The notes: a model not told the origin generated them from the sequence alone. A stretch of 64,000 nucleotides of DNA from Verrucomicrobiales bacterium (GCA_031411295.1 JANOAV010000212.1:42214-106213); one strand, 5' to 3'; shown: positions 1-10,524, numbered from the stretch's first letter. Program-made: numbers and translations.

Positions 1-2
1 CG

Positions 3-1040
3 CCTAATGGGCTGAAGGTGGGAGACAAAGTGACGGCGGTTGACGGGGAAGAAGTAAAGAGTTTTTCTGGACCAGTGAATAGTGTCATGTGGGCGATCGT
101 TTCCGCCAAGAATGACGACATCGTTTTCGACGTCGTGCGCGATGGGCAGCCGCTCAAGGTGACCATCAATGCTCCAACCAGCGGGGAGAATGCTGGCAAA
201 GAGTTTAAGGAATGGGCTACTGCATCGTGGTGGAGCAAGATTTGGAATCGCCCACCGATGCGTCGGGTGGGGATCCTCTACGCGATGGATAACATTGCGG
301 TGGATAAAATGCGGCCAAACAGTCCCGCTGAGCTAGCGGGCTTCAAGGCGGGCGACATTCTGCGCACGCTGAATGGCCAACGTATCCTGAGCCCGCTCGC
401 CATTGTGGACGCGGTTACGAAGAAGCCCAAAGAAGTCTTAAATTTTGAAGTGGAACGGGATGGCAAATTGGTTCCCATCTCCGTCACGGCAGTCAAGCCT
501 AGCAAGCCTGCAGATTACAAGGGCGAGGGTGAACTCGGTTTCGAGCCGTTTAAGGATGCGGATGAAGAACGCCGCAAAGTGGACGGCAGCAATATCCAAC
601 ACCCTTCTCCCTACCAGCAAATTCACGACAGCCTGCAGACAACCTTCGCCACCTTGGGTGCCTTGTTTTCCAAATCCAAGGTCGAGGCCGGTCACATGAG
701 CAGCGCCATCGGGATCATCAGTATTTATCACCAACTCTTCACCATTCAGAACGGCTGGATGCTGATTCTGTTCTTCACCGTCGTGCTAAATGTGAATCTC
801 GCGATTCTGAACATGCTGCCGATTCCAGTGTTGGATGGCGGTCACATCACTATGGCATTGATCGAAGCGATCGGCGGTCGGCCGTTGCGCGGCAAAATAG
901 TGGAATACGTTCAGGCTGGTTTTGCCGTGATGCTGCTGAGTTTCATGTTCTGGGTCATGCTCAAGGACGTGGGCAGCATGAAGTCAGAGAAATCCGAGCC
1001 CATCGAGTTCAGTGCTCCGGGTGCCTCTGAGGCCAAGTAA
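3..1040 (+). CDS. rseP: RseP-like site-2 intramembrane metalloprotease (M50) with PDZ domains, 5'-partial
   Basis: Two PDZ-like segments and the NLAILNMLPIPVLDGGH motif; frame open to the window edge; upstream of ispG. Confidence 0.9.
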   Translation, partial: PNGLKVGDKVTAVDGEEVKSFSGPVNSVMWAIVSAKNDDIVFDVVRDGQPLKVTINAPTSGENAGKEFKEWATASWWSKIWNRPPMRRVGILYAMDNIAVDKMRPNSPAELAGFKAGDILRTLNGQRILSPLAIVDAVTKKPKEVLNFEVERDGKLVPISVTAVKPSKPADYKGEGELGFEPFKDADEERRKVDGSNIQHPSPYQQIHDSLQTTFATLGALFSKSKVEAGHMSSAIGIISIYHQLFTIQNGWMLILFFTVVLNVNLAILNMLPIPVLDGGHITMALIEAIGGRPLRGKIVEYVQAGFAVMLLSFMFWVMLKDVGSMKSEKSEPIEFSAPGASEAK

Positions 1041-1185
1041 TTTAGCGGGTGGCTCGGCTGGCTCAGCCGAACTCATATGGCGCAGTGCGGCCGAGACAGC
1101 CGCACCACCTTCTTGGCGGCCTTGGACCCGCACCTGTTGAATACCTCAGTTGCCAACTGCCCGAAAGCGCTCTATGCCGTGAGCC

Positions 1186-2973
1186 ATGTCTGCTGAGCTT
1201 CAATACTGCCCCGATCTCTATCATTATCAACGCCGTGCCACCCGGGTGGTCACGGTGGGGAAGGTTGCCATTGGCGGCACGAATCCGATCCGCGTGCAGT
1301 CCATGCTGACCTCGGATACCCGGGACACGGATGCTTGCGTGCAAGAAGCGCTGGGTTTGGTGGCAGCGGGCTGTGAGATCGTGCGGGTCACGGCTCAGAC
1401 CCGGGTTTATGCCGCCAATCTGGAGCACATCAAAGCCGCTCTGCTAGCTGCCGGATGCGATGTGCCGCTGGTAGCGGATATTCATTTCAAGCCGGATGCC
1501 GCTCTGGAGGCTGCCAAGTGGGTGGAGAAGGTGCGGGTCAATCCCGGAAATTACGCCGATAAAAAGAAATTCGTCCAGCGCGATTACACAGACGCTGAAT
1601 ACGCCGAGGAATTGGAGCGCATCGACGAAGAGTTCTCTCCGTTGGTGAAATTATGCCAGTCTCGCGGAGTGGCCATGCGCATCGGCACCAACCACGGCAG
1701 CCTGAGCGACCGGATTATGAATCGTCATGGCGATACCCCGCTGGGGATGGTGGAAAGTGCGCTGGAGTTCGCGCGGATTGCGCGGGGACTCGACTATCAT
1801 AATTTCCTGTTCAGCATGAAGGCCTCCAATCCCAAGGTGATGATCGAAGCTTATCGCTTGCTGGTGGCTGAGTTGACGCGCTTGGGGCCGGATTGGAATT
1901 ACCCCATCCACCTTGGCGTGACGGAAGCAGGTGATGGCGAGGACGGTCGGATCAAGAGCGCCATCGGCATTGGCAGTCTGCTGGCGGATGGCATTGGTGA
2001 TACCATCCGCGTTTCCCTAACTGAAGATGCGGTGTATGAAATTCCCGTGGCGCGCGCCCTCTGCGTGACCGCCATTCCTGCTGCCTATCCGAAGCTGGAA
2101 ACGATACCAGCCAATGCTCCCTGCGATCCTTTTCACTATAATCGTCGCGCCACCGAACGCTTGGAAATTCAAGGCCTGGGTGTTGGCGGCGGGGAAACCA
2201 CTCGCGTCGTCGTCCCGCAAGCCAAGTGGAATGCCGTGGCGCACAAGCTCGCCTCGCTGGGGGAATTTCAGCCAGAAATCATCTTAGAAACCTGCGGTGT
2301 GACCGCCGTGGATCCACGTGATGAAGCCGCCCTGGCCGCCATCAATGCGGCCCCGACTGCCCAGTTCGTTACGCTGGCGGACGGGCTGAGTTTACCGGTC
2401 ATCGCAGGCTATCGCTTGCTGGCGGCCAAACTTCAGGCGCGTCATCCGCTCCTGCTCAAGGACACCCTAACGCCATCCGACGATGACCACGCTGATTTCC
2501 AAACCAACCTGCTCACCGCCGCCACCAACGTGGGGGCGCTGCTGTGCGATGGCATTGGCGATGCGGTCCTGATCCAAGGCGAGGCCGCTCCCGGCCAAAG
2601 TCTGCGTCTGGCCTACAACACGCTGCAAGCGGCGGGCACGCGCATTTTCAAGACGGATTACGTGGCCTGTCCCAGTTGCGGACGGACGTTGTTTAACCTG
2701 CAAACGACGACCCAGAAAATCCGGGCCGCCACCGGCCACCTCAAGGGCGTTCGCATTGCCATCATGGGCTGCATCGTTAATGGTCCGGGGGAAATGGCGG
2801 ATGCAGACTTCGGCTACGTCGGCGGGGCTCCAGGGAAAATTAATCTCTACGTCGGCAAGACCACCGTGGAATTCAACATCCCCGAAGACCAAGCCGTGAC
2901 GAAGCTCATCGAGCTAATCCGCAGCCATGGCAAATGGCAGGAAGAGCCCGAAACTCCAGCCCACTCTGCGTAG
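1186..2973 (+). CDS. ispG: HMBPP synthase IspG, long form with internal insertion
   Basis: IRVQSM, PLVADIHF, RVNPGN, RIGTNHGSL, HLGVTEAG, GDTIRVSL, CPSCGR and MGCIVNGPGE motifs. Confidence 0.97.
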   Translation: MSAELQYCPDLYHYQRRATRVVTVGKVAIGGTNPIRVQSMLTSDTRDTDACVQEALGLVAAGCEIVRVTAQTRVYAANLEHIKAALLAAGCDVPLVADIHFKPDAALEAAKWVEKVRVNPGNYADKKKFVQRDYTDAEYAEELERIDEEFSPLVKLCQSRGVAMRIGTNHGSLSDRIMNRHGDTPLGMVESALEFARIARGLDYHNFLFSMKASNPKVMIEAYRLLVAELTRLGPDWNYPIHLGVTEAGDGEDGRIKSAIGIGSLLADGIGDTIRVSLTEDAVYEIPVARALCVTAIPAAYPKLETIPANAPCDPFHYNRRATERLEIQGLGVGGGETTRVVVPQAKWNAVAHKLASLGEFQPEIILETCGVTAVDPRDEAALAAINAAPTAQFVTLADGLSLPVIAGYRLLAAKLQARHPLLLKDTLTPSDDDHADFQTNLLTAATNVGALLCDGIGDAVLIQGEAAPGQSLRLAYNTLQAAGTRIFKTDYVACPSCGRTLFNLQTTTQKIRAATGHLKGVRIAIMGCIVNGPGEMADADFGYVGGAPGKINLYVGKTTVEFNIPEDQAVTKLIELIRSHGKWQEEPETPAHSA

Positions 2974-2999
2974 CAGCCTGGCAAGAACTGGGCGCGCGC

Positions 3000-3794
3000 T
3001 CAATGCGGTTTGTGCTCATTAAATACATCCCGTTGCAACTCGCGGTGATCCGCCTTCCGATGAAACGGCAGGCCTTTCCACCAAAGGCGGAACGCCTGCC
3101 AATGGATGAGGAAAATGACTTTCAGCGTAACGATGGGAAATTTCAGCGTGAGCCAAGCCAGACGCGCGGTGGTTAGCTCCTGGCGTTTGCCAGTAAGGGC
3201 ACTGAGCAGGACAGGCTCGTCGCCCTTGCGGTCATCAATGTGAATCTCCAAGTGCTCCTCCGGCACCTTGACCTTGAAATCGAACATCAGATCCAGCTCG
3301 GAGAAAGGCGACACGTAGAAATGCTTCGACGTGACCAAATGAAAGAAGCCGGGGCGCTCTGGTTCGCGGATGAGGTAAGGCTTCATTTCGCGAAAGGTAT
3401 TCCCGACCTGCACCACCACGCATTGCGTCTGGCCAGCGGCATCCTCACAGAAATAAAACGAGACCGGGTTGAAAATGTATCCCAGCACCCGCGGCAGCGT
3501 TACCAACGTGATTCTGGTCTCCGGGTGCAGGGTCAGTCCCTGCTGGGCGATCCAGGCTAGGACGTGTTCCTTGACGGTGCCGCCCTTGATTTCCGGCAGC
3601 GTTAGGTGGTCCCGATCCCTGAATTCATAAAGGTTCCAGCGATTCCGCGAAAAACCATGAACTCGCTTGGCGACCTGATCAATTTCATCCAGATCCAGCG
3701 CCAAGTAGAACAATTGGTAATCGAAGCGATGCTCCTTGGGCTGCAGCCGATGGTGCATCACCTTGCATTCGTAGAGGCAGGAGCGGAGTTTCAT
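3000..3794 (-). CDS. DUF1365 family protein
   Basis: HHRLQPKEHRFDY, LPRVLGYIFNPVSFYFC, KHFYVSPF, IHWQAFRLWWK; ATG at 3794 overlaps the upstream TGA (ATGA). Confidence 0.9.
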   Translation of the reverse strand: MKLRSCLYECKVMHHRLQPKEHRFDYQLFYLALDLDEIDQVAKRVHGFSRNRWNLYEFRDRDHLTLPEIKGGTVKEHVLAWIAQQGLTLHPETRITLVTLPRVLGYIFNPVSFYFCEDAAGQTQCVVVQVGNTFREMKPYLIREPERPGFFHLVTSKHFYVSPFSELDLMFDFKVKVPEEHLEIHIDDRKGDEPVLLSALTGKRQELTTARLAWLTLKFPIVTLKVIFLIHWQAFRLWWKGLPFHRKADHRELQRDVFNEHKPH

Positions 3795-5053
3795 GACCAC
3801 AATGCTGCACCCGCAATGGCGCGGGCGCAATCAAGACCGCTGGTGAAGCCGTCTTCGTGGAAACCATACTTGAACCAAGCGCCAGCGTAATACGTCGTCT
3901 GGTCTGGACTCAAATGATTCAGCTCCGGCAACCGCCGTTGCGCGGCCAAGGCCGGGAGATCGAACAAGGGATGCTCGTAGGCGATGTGACGCAGGACTTT
4001 GGTAGGATCAATTTCCTCCCGGCAATTCAGCGAGACGAAATACTGCTGCCGCTCGGACACCCCCTGTAGGCGGTTCATCCAGTAATGCGTGCTGGGCCGA
4101 CCGGCTTGGTCGAAACGATAATTCCAAGCCGCCCAAGCGCGCTTAGTGCGCGGCATGACGCGCTGATCCGTGTGCAGTGTGGCGAGATTCGGCTGATACT
4201 TGAAGGGCGTGAGCAACTCTATTTCCAGCGGACTGGGATCCGCCAGCAGGGCCAGCGATTGATCCGCATGGGCCGCCAGAATGACTTTGGGAAAAGTATC
4301 CGTGTGACCATCCGCCGTGGTGATGGTGACGCTATCGGCCTGGCGTTCCACGCGGATGACTTTGGGGCGAACTTGCACGTTGGGGCCCAGGGCACTTTTG
4401 ATTTTCGCAACGTAGGATTTAGCCCCATCGCAGACGGTCCACCACGGATGCTGGGTGTGCAGACCCAGGAAACCATGATTATGCCAAAAGCGCAGCAGGG
4501 TGACCGCAGGAAATTTCGCCATGAGTTCCGGGGGCGTGCTCCAGACGGCACTGCTCATGGGGACGAGGTAGCGTTCCCACATGTCGTTGCCGTAGCCCCG
4601 GGCATCGATGTATTCCCGCAGCGTCATGGTGGCGAATCGCTCATCTGAAAGCGCCGGCACCGCTTCAGCGTTGAAGCGATTGATGGCCGCCAGCATTTTC
4701 CAATGCCGGGGATTGAGTAAATTTTTTCTTTGCGCAAAGAGCAGGTCCAGGCTGCCCCCATTATACTCCAAGCCAGACGGTTGATGCTGCACGCTGAAGG
4801 ACATGTCGGTGCGCTTCGTGGCCACGTTGAGCTCCGCAAACAGGCGCGTCAGATTTGGGTAAGTCACGTGGTTGAACACCATGAATCCGGTGTCAATCGG
4901 CACGGGTGTGCCCGCCTCATCCACCGTGATGGTATTTGTGTGACCGCCCAGATAGTCATATTGCTCGTAAAGCGTAATGGCAAAATGGTCCCGCAACAAC
5001 CACGCGGCCCCCAGTCCGGAAATGCCGGAACCAATAATGGCCAGACGGTTCAT
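3791..5053 (-). CDS. FAD-dependent oxidoreductase (COG2907-like)
   Basis: IIGSGISGL Rossmann motif, LGGHTNT, DTGFMVFN..TYPNL, GAWFKYGFHEDG; start chosen at MNRLAII. Confidence 0.9.
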   Translation of the reverse strand: MNRLAIIGSGISGLGAAWLLRDHFAITLYEQYDYLGGHTNTITVDEAGTPVPIDTGFMVFNHVTYPNLTRLFAELNVATKRTDMSFSVQHQPSGLEYNGGSLDLLFAQRKNLLNPRHWKMLAAINRFNAEAVPALSDERFATMTLREYIDARGYGNDMWERYLVPMSSAVWSTPPELMAKFPAVTLLRFWHNHGFLGLHTQHPWWTVCDGAKSYVAKIKSALGPNVQVRPKVIRVERQADSVTITTADGHTDTFPKVILAAHADQSLALLADPSPLEIELLTPFKYQPNLATLHTDQRVMPRTKRAWAAWNYRFDQAGRPSTHYWMNRLQGVSERQQYFVSLNCREEIDPTKVLRHIAYEHPLFDLPALAAQRRLPELNHLSPDQTTYYAGAWFKYGFHEDGFTSGLDCARAIAGAALWS

Positions 5054-5289
5054 GCGGAGAAATGATGGGTTGTAGAAGAGTAAAGAGGCACGGCCTACAA
5101 ACGCACATCTCAGCTGAATTGGATGCAAAAAAACCTCCGTCTCGCAGATCGTGGCCAAAGAGGATGATCCAAGAACGGAAGCTTCTGCGCAGCCTTTAGT
5201 GAGACGGCATTATTCGGGTGTAATTGGGTGATTTTCGGATTGGACATTTGGGTGTAATTGGGTGAAATTTCCCGCCGGAAGCGGCCCCT

Positions 5290-6336
5290 ATGAAGAACGA
5301 TACCATTCAGATTTCCCACGAACTCCTGCTCCTGCTCTCCGAAATTGATGAGTTCAAGGGGGCTTGGCGCACGATGGGAACGCTGGCTCCAGAGCGGCTC
5401 GCAGTGCTGCGGCAAGCCGCCACGATTGAGGCCATTGTTTCTGCTGCCCGGATTGAAGGGAGTGAATTGACCGCTCAGGAGATCGAGCGGGTGTTGGCCC
5501 GGCCATTGGTGAAATACTCCGCGAGCCGGGACGAACAGGAAGTGGCCGCCTACGCCGAGGCGTTGGAAACGATCTTCCGGGCATGGCAGAACATCTCCAT
5601 TTCCGAAAATCAACTGCGGCAACTGCATCGGGATCTTATCCGGTCCAATGACACGGATCAGCGTCAGCCCGGAACCTACAAAGCACGGCCCAATCACGTG
5701 GGGGCCTTTGATCCGAGCGGAAACAAAGTGTTGTTCTTCCTGGAGACCGTCTCGCCTGAGGAGACACCGGGGCGCATGGCGGAATTGATCGCGTGGCTCA
5801 ACGAGACACGAGAGCAGAAGCGCCTCCATCCCTTGCTCATCGTGGCGGTTTTCAAAGCGGTGTTCCTGGAGATTCACCCGTTCTCCGAAGGTAACGGACG
5901 TTTAAGTCGAGTGCTCACGACGCTGCTCTTATTGCAGGGCGGTTATGGGTTTGTCCCGTATATTTCTCTCGAAAGCGCCTTGGAGCAGAGCAAGGACAAC
6001 TACTATCTGGCCCTGCGGCAGACGCAGGGAACCATACGCCAAGCCACGCCCAATTGGCAGCCTTGGTTGCGGTTCTTCTTCCGCGCCATGGTCCAACAAG
6101 TGCGGCAGTTGGCGCAAACGATCGAACGTGAGCAGGGCGCATTTTCCGCTCTCCCCCAATTGGCGCTGCACATTCTGGACTACGCTCGCGGCCATGGCCG
6201 AGTGGGCATGAGTCAAATGATTGAACTTACGGGAGCCAGCCGAAACACACTGAAGGAGCATTTCCGGAAACTCGTGGAGCATCAGCTGTTAGTGCAGCAG
6301 GGCGGGGGCCGCTCCACTTGGTATCAGTTGGCGTGA
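5290..6336 (+). CDS. Fic family protein with C-terminal winged HTH
   Basis: HPFSEGNGRLSR catalytic motif; N-terminal SAARIEG inhibitory-helix-like motif; C-terminal GGGRSTWY. Confidence 0.92.
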   Translation: MKNDTIQISHELLLLLSEIDEFKGAWRTMGTLAPERLAVLRQAATIEAIVSAARIEGSELTAQEIERVLARPLVKYSASRDEQEVAAYAEALETIFRAWQNISISENQLRQLHRDLIRSNDTDQRQPGTYKARPNHVGAFDPSGNKVLFFLETVSPEETPGRMAELIAWLNETREQKRLHPLLIVAVFKAVFLEIHPFSEGNGRLSRVLTTLLLLQGGYGFVPYISLESALEQSKDNYYLALRQTQGTIRQATPNWQPWLRFFFRAMVQQVRQLAQTIEREQGAFSALPQLALHILDYARGHGRVGMSQMIELTGASRNTLKEHFRKLVEHQLLVQQGGGRSTWYQLA

Positions 6337-6347
6337 AATTTCCTGCT

Positions 6348-7313
6348 TCAGGACAAGGAGCGCTTCTCCTGATACACGCTGGCGGGGACGGGTTTGAGAT
6401 CCCAGATGATGCCGAGCCATGAGAGGATCTTGAGACCGTAGTAGGTGGGATCTATTTCCCACCAGAGGAAACCCTGGCGGGCGGCACCCATATAACGATG
6501 GTGATTGTTGTGCCAGCCCTCGCCCAGTGTTAGGAGAGCGAGCCAGAAGTTGTTGCGGCTGTCGTCTTCGGTTTTGAAATCCCGTTTCCCCCAGACGTGA
6601 GCCAGGGAATTGATGAACAACGTAGCATGGAGCAGGACCGTGGAACTGATGAAGAATCCCCAGACCAACAGCTGCCATCCAGTCACACCCAACGCAGGGA
6701 AGTTGTTGCCCAGCCAACTACCTAGTCCGTAAAGCGCAAAACCCATGAGGGCGGGCACGATGAGATCGAAGCGATTCAAGAAAACAAGTTCAGGATATTT
6801 CGCGAAATCTTTGATGTCCTTATAGTTAGTGGGGAAGTTTCGGCTGCTCGTCATCCAGCCAATGTGCGACCACCAGAATCCCTTGGTAATAGGGGAATGC
6901 GCGTCTTCGTCAGTGTCTGAATGTCGGTGATGGTGGCGATGCGTAGCCGCCCACCAGAGCGGCCCGCGTTGGATGGAGCTATTGCCCAAGGCCGCAAAAA
7001 GAAATTGCACCACCCGACTGGTGTGGAAGGTGCGGTGGGAAAAGTAACGATGATAGAACGCGGTGATGGCGAACATGCGAATCACGTAAAGCGCTACGGC
7101 AACGAGCACCGCTGTGAGGCTCCATCCAGTCCAGATCACTCCCAGGCAGCCAATATGGAGGAAGACAAATGGCAGACAACGTCGCCATTCAAATTTGTCA
7201 GGCTTGGCACGCGTCGCATCGGCTCCTTCAGGGAAATAGTCCGAGTCGAACCATTGCAGCACGGTTTGCAGCGCAGACTTGGCTGCGGTGGGGGCTGGTG
7301 GGGTTGGACTCAA
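6348..7313 (-). CDS. Membrane acyl-CoA/fatty acid desaturase (delta-9 type)
   Basis: His boxes HRYFSH, HRHHH and GEGWHNNHH. Confidence 0.93.
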   Translation of the reverse strand: MSPTPPAPTAAKSALQTVLQWFDSDYFPEGADATRAKPDKFEWRRCLPFVFLHIGCLGVIWTGWSLTAVLVAVALYVIRMFAITAFYHRYFSHRTFHTSRVVQFLFAALGNSSIQRGPLWWAATHRHHHRHSDTDEDAHSPITKGFWWSHIGWMTSSRNFPTNYKDIKDFAKYPELVFLNRFDLIVPALMGFALYGLGSWLGNNFPALGVTGWQLLVWGFFISSTVLLHATLFINSLAHVWGKRDFKTEDDSRNNFWLALLTLGEGWHNNHHRYMGAARQGFLWWEIDPTYYGLKILSWLGIIWDLKPVPASVYQEKRSLS

Positions 7314-7355
7314 GCTTTGGAGGAGGGTGATGGTGGAGATACGGCAAACTCCTAC

Positions 7356-7943
7356 TTAGGCACCCGGGCGAACGGTCTTGACTGCGGAAGGCTGCGGAAC
7401 TTTAACGAATTTCGTTGGATCATAGCCGTGCTGTTTGAGTCTTTCAAGAATTGCTTGGTAGGTTGTTTCAGGCAGGGTGGTTCCGCGAGCCATGATCCAG
7501 CCATATTTGCGCGAAGGATGCCCCACCACCGTCCATTGATAATTCGGGTCCAATTCAAGAACCAGGTAGGCAACCTTAACAAAAGGCAAAAACTTCACCC
7601 GCCACTCCGCGTTGGTTTCTTTGTTATACACCTCCGCCTTGAAGGTCAGTTTCTTTTGCGGAGCATCGAAGGACTTTTTCCGAAACTGGAAACTATTACC
7701 GATGGAGCCGTCCGGCAGCAGCCAGTAAGTCTCGATCGAATCAACGCAATCCTTCTCCGCCCAGTAGGGAATATTCGCAATGACGCGCCAATCTCCCATG
7801 TAACGTGGCAGATCAACATGCGAGACAGTCTTCAGTGGCTGAGGAGAATTCATGGAGGTAGCGGGACGAGTGGCACAGGAAGAGAGGGCAAGACAAAAGA
7901 AGCTGCCAACCAGCACAAGGAAACGATTGAGGAAACAGTTCAT
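7356..7943 (-). CDS. blc: Blc-type lipocalin lipoprotein
   Basis: Lipobox LSSC; VDLPRYMGDWRVIA; LDPNYQWTVVGHPSRKYGWIMAR. Confidence 0.88.
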   Translation of the reverse strand: MNCFLNRFLVLVGSFFCLALSSCATRPATSMNSPQPLKTVSHVDLPRYMGDWRVIANIPYWAEKDCVDSIETYWLLPDGSIGNSFQFRKKSFDAPQKKLTFKAEVYNKETNAEWRVKFLPFVKVAYLVLELDPNYQWTVVGHPSRKYGWIMARGTTLPETTYQAILERLKQHGYDPTKFVKVPQPSAVKTVRPGA

Positions 7944-8048
7944 GCGTTGGAAACGCACCAAGGCCTGCCTTGGATGCGTCAAACTCCACGCGCAAGTCCG
8001 GGAGGACCATGCATCGTGCCAGAACGGCCCGCCAGAGTTAGGCTATAG

Positions 8049-8468
8049 CTACGGATTCCCAGAAAAGCGGGCGATGAACTCCTCAGGAGCTAAAACCGGC
8101 ACCGGACTTTTTGAAAATCCAGCGCCATCCCGAGTAACGATAAAATCAGCTAGAGCGGCTTCCGCTGCTGCTGCTTGCATGGCATCTTCAAGATCTGGAA
8201 AATCTAAATCGAAGGCTCGCAGCGCTGCTGTTTGCCCTGTCTCCACGACTGTCATTGCCATGAGAATATCTTTCAACATCTCTGTTGCCTTCTGGCGACC
8301 CTCCTTCTTGGCTACAATGTAGAAGGTGGTCGCCAAGGTGTGCCAGGCAATTACAACATCCGCATCAAGTGAGTCACAGGTGTCCAATACAGATTGACTG
8401 TTGGCATAATGAGGGCTGCGCTGAGTGACAATATCCAAGAGGATATTTGTATCGAAGAAAATCAACAT
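8049..8468 (-). CDS. PIN-domain (VapC-like) toxin
   Basis: FFDTNILLD, DLEDAMQ, IVTRD. Confidence 0.88.
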   Translation of the reverse strand: MLIFFDTNILLDIVTQRSPHYANSQSVLDTCDSLDADVVIAWHTLATTFYIVAKKEGRQKATEMLKDILMAMTVVETGQTAALRAFDLDFPDLEDAMQAAAAEAALADFIVTRDGAGFSKSPVPVLAPEEFIARFSGNP

Positions 8469-8477
8469 GGGAAAATA

Positions 8478-8735
8478 CTAGGAACCAAAACGCTCCATCA
8501 TGGCCGCATCACGGACCGATTGAATGGTCTCCCCATCCTTGAGCTTCATGGCTCCCGCCCATTTCCTGCCCCAATCTCCTAGCTTCATTTTTAGAGCTTT
8601 GGTAGGCGCTTCCGCTTCCGTGAGTGAAATCACTTTGAAGGTGATTTTCCCCGAAAGAATTTGATAACCCACAACAGTTTCCCCTTCACGCAGATGAAGG
8701 AGTTCAAGGGGTAAGGATGTTTCTCGGAGCGTCAT
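8478..8735 (-). CDS. Small protein, probable antitoxin of the PIN toxin
   Basis: 85 aa, 9 bp upstream of the PIN gene, same strand. Confidence 0.6.
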   Translation of the reverse strand: MTLRETSLPLELLHLREGETVVGYQILSGKITFKVISLTEAEAPTKALKMKLGDWGRKWAGAMKLKDGETIQSVRDAAMMERFGS

Positions 8736-8963
8736 AAATTAATGGGTTGCTGTCGGATTCTATCCTGAAAGTAGGAAATTGCAAGCCAGAGCCTTGCGTG
8801 GCAGGCGTCGCATCCGTGGGCCAAACGAATTTCCTCTTGTCCGCAGTCGCTTCCCGACGCACTCAGTCTCATGCTGAAACTATCCGCCCTGCGCTTCCAT
8901 TTGCTTCAGAAGGCAGCACCAGCGCTTGCACTGCGCATGCCTGCACCCTAGGCTCGCGGCCTT

Positions 8964-10220
8964 ATGCGACTTGAATTGATTACCACCGGGACAGAACTAT
9001 TGCTGGGCAACACGCTGAACACGCACCTCACTTATCTGGGCGAGAAACTTTTGCCGTTCGGCTTGCGCATCGGTCGCCAATTGGCTATTCCCGACGGAGA
9101 CGTAATCCGCGAGTCGCTGCTGGAAGCCTTTCCGCGAAACGAAATCGTCATAGTGACTGGTGGCTTGGGGCCTACCAGTGATGACCTCACCCGGGAAATC
9201 ACCGCTGATTTGTTGGGCCTGCCGCTGGAGGAGAACGCGGACGTGTTGCAACGGATCAAGGATCGACTGGCCCGACGCAAAAAGGAAATCAACGAACAGA
9301 CGAGACGTCAGGCTCAAGTCCCCGTGGGCGCTCAGGTCTTAGCCAACGATTTCGGAACCGCCCCAGGCTTGTATTTTCCGGCTCAGGCCCATTGTCCCGC
9401 CACCGGTCGCCCATCCCCACATTTGTTTTTGCTGCCAGGGCCTCCCCGGGAGTTGAAGCCGATGTTCACCAACATGGTGTCCCCCATCCTGCGGCAGATC
9501 TGCCAAGGCAAAACCAAGTTGGCGGAAATGCGTAATTTCCGGCTGGCCGGCCTGGGGGAATCCGAGGTCTCCGCCACCGTGGAACCAGCCCTGCTGGCTC
9601 TGGGAGAAGATCTGGAAATTGGCTATTGCGCCCGCATGGGCGAGGTCATCGTGCGGGTGTTAGGAACGCCAGAACAAATGGAGGCTGCCCGCAACGTCGT
9701 GGCCGCTGCCTTTCCCAAGCAATTCTTCTCCGCCACGGATCAAAGCATGGAATTCACCGTGGTGGACCTGCTGAAGCGCTTTGGACGGACGGTGGCCACA
9801 GCCGAAAGCTGCACCGGTGGACTCATCGCGCATCGGATCACCAATATTCCCGGAGCCTCGGCGGTGCTCACCCGGGGTTACGTGACGTATGCGAACAGTG
9901 CCAAAGAAGAATTGCTAGGCGTCCCGGCCGCCCTGTTGAAGGAGCACGGAGCCGTCAGTGCCGAAGTCTGCCAAGCCATGGTGGAAGGCTGTCTGGCGCG
10001 CGCGGGCACGGATTATGCCGTAGCCGTGACGGGCATTGCCGGACCAGACGGCGGGAGCGAGCAGAAGCCGGTGGGCACCGTCTTCATCGGCATCGCCAGC
10101 AAAGACGGTCAAGCCACTCTGGTCGAACGCCACCTCTTCCCTTACGAGCGGGAAACCTTCAAGTTCACCGTTTCCCAGACCGCCTTGGATCTGGTGCGGA
10201 AGCGGTGCGCTGGGCTGTAA
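8964..10220 (+). CDS. cinA: CinA competence/damage-inducible protein (NMN deamidase fusion)
   Basis: GTELLLG, GGLGPTSDDLT, LPGPPREL, AESCTGG, TGIAGPDGG. Confidence 0.95.
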   Translation: MRLELITTGTELLLGNTLNTHLTYLGEKLLPFGLRIGRQLAIPDGDVIRESLLEAFPRNEIVIVTGGLGPTSDDLTREITADLLGLPLEENADVLQRIKDRLARRKKEINEQTRRQAQVPVGAQVLANDFGTAPGLYFPAQAHCPATGRPSPHLFLLPGPPRELKPMFTNMVSPILRQICQGKTKLAEMRNFRLAGLGESEVSATVEPALLALGEDLEIGYCARMGEVIVRVLGTPEQMEAARNVVAAAFPKQFFSATDQSMEFTVVDLLKRFGRTVATAESCTGGLIAHRITNIPGASAVLTRGYVTYANSAKEELLGVPAALLKEHGAVSAEVCQAMVEGCLARAGTDYAVAVTGIAGPDGGSEQKPVGTVFIGIASKDGQATLVERHLFPYERETFKFTVSQTALDLVRKRCAGL

Positions 10221-10225
10221 ACGCA

Positions 10226-10360
10226 ATCACCGCCGCCAAGTGCCGGATTTCCCCGCTGGGCAACACGCCCAGCGCAGCCTGGAAACGGCGGCCGCGCCCA
10301 CTAAGTTGGCGGCCCCCGATTCCTCGGGTTTGTAGAAAATCAGCACCTGGCGGCGGTGAT
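10226..10360. repeat. ~135-bp element bounded by ~24-bp imperfect inverted repeats, with internal hairpins
   Basis: ATCACCGCCGCCAAGTGCCGGATTT (10226-10250) pairs with AAATCAGCACCTGGCGGCGGTGAT (10337-10360). Confidence 0.7.
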
Positions 10361-10524
10361 CTCAGCGCCGATTTATTTGCGCCGATATGTTTGTAATTAG
10401 CAAATTTCTAGCCGGAGCGTCCAGTAAAATTGCAAAATAATTTATGCGCCCGGTCCAAAGATTCGGGAAATTATGGCTTGAGAAATTTCTTAGGCCAATT
10501 AGTCATCCTTTCTTCTACCCACAC

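Noticed and set aside
6921..8048. Long antisense or alternate-frame ORFs (e.g. 6921-8048, 11329-12462, 22338-23387, 59591-60727)
   Set aside because: Shadows of well-supported genes in GC-rich DNA, with no recognisable motifs
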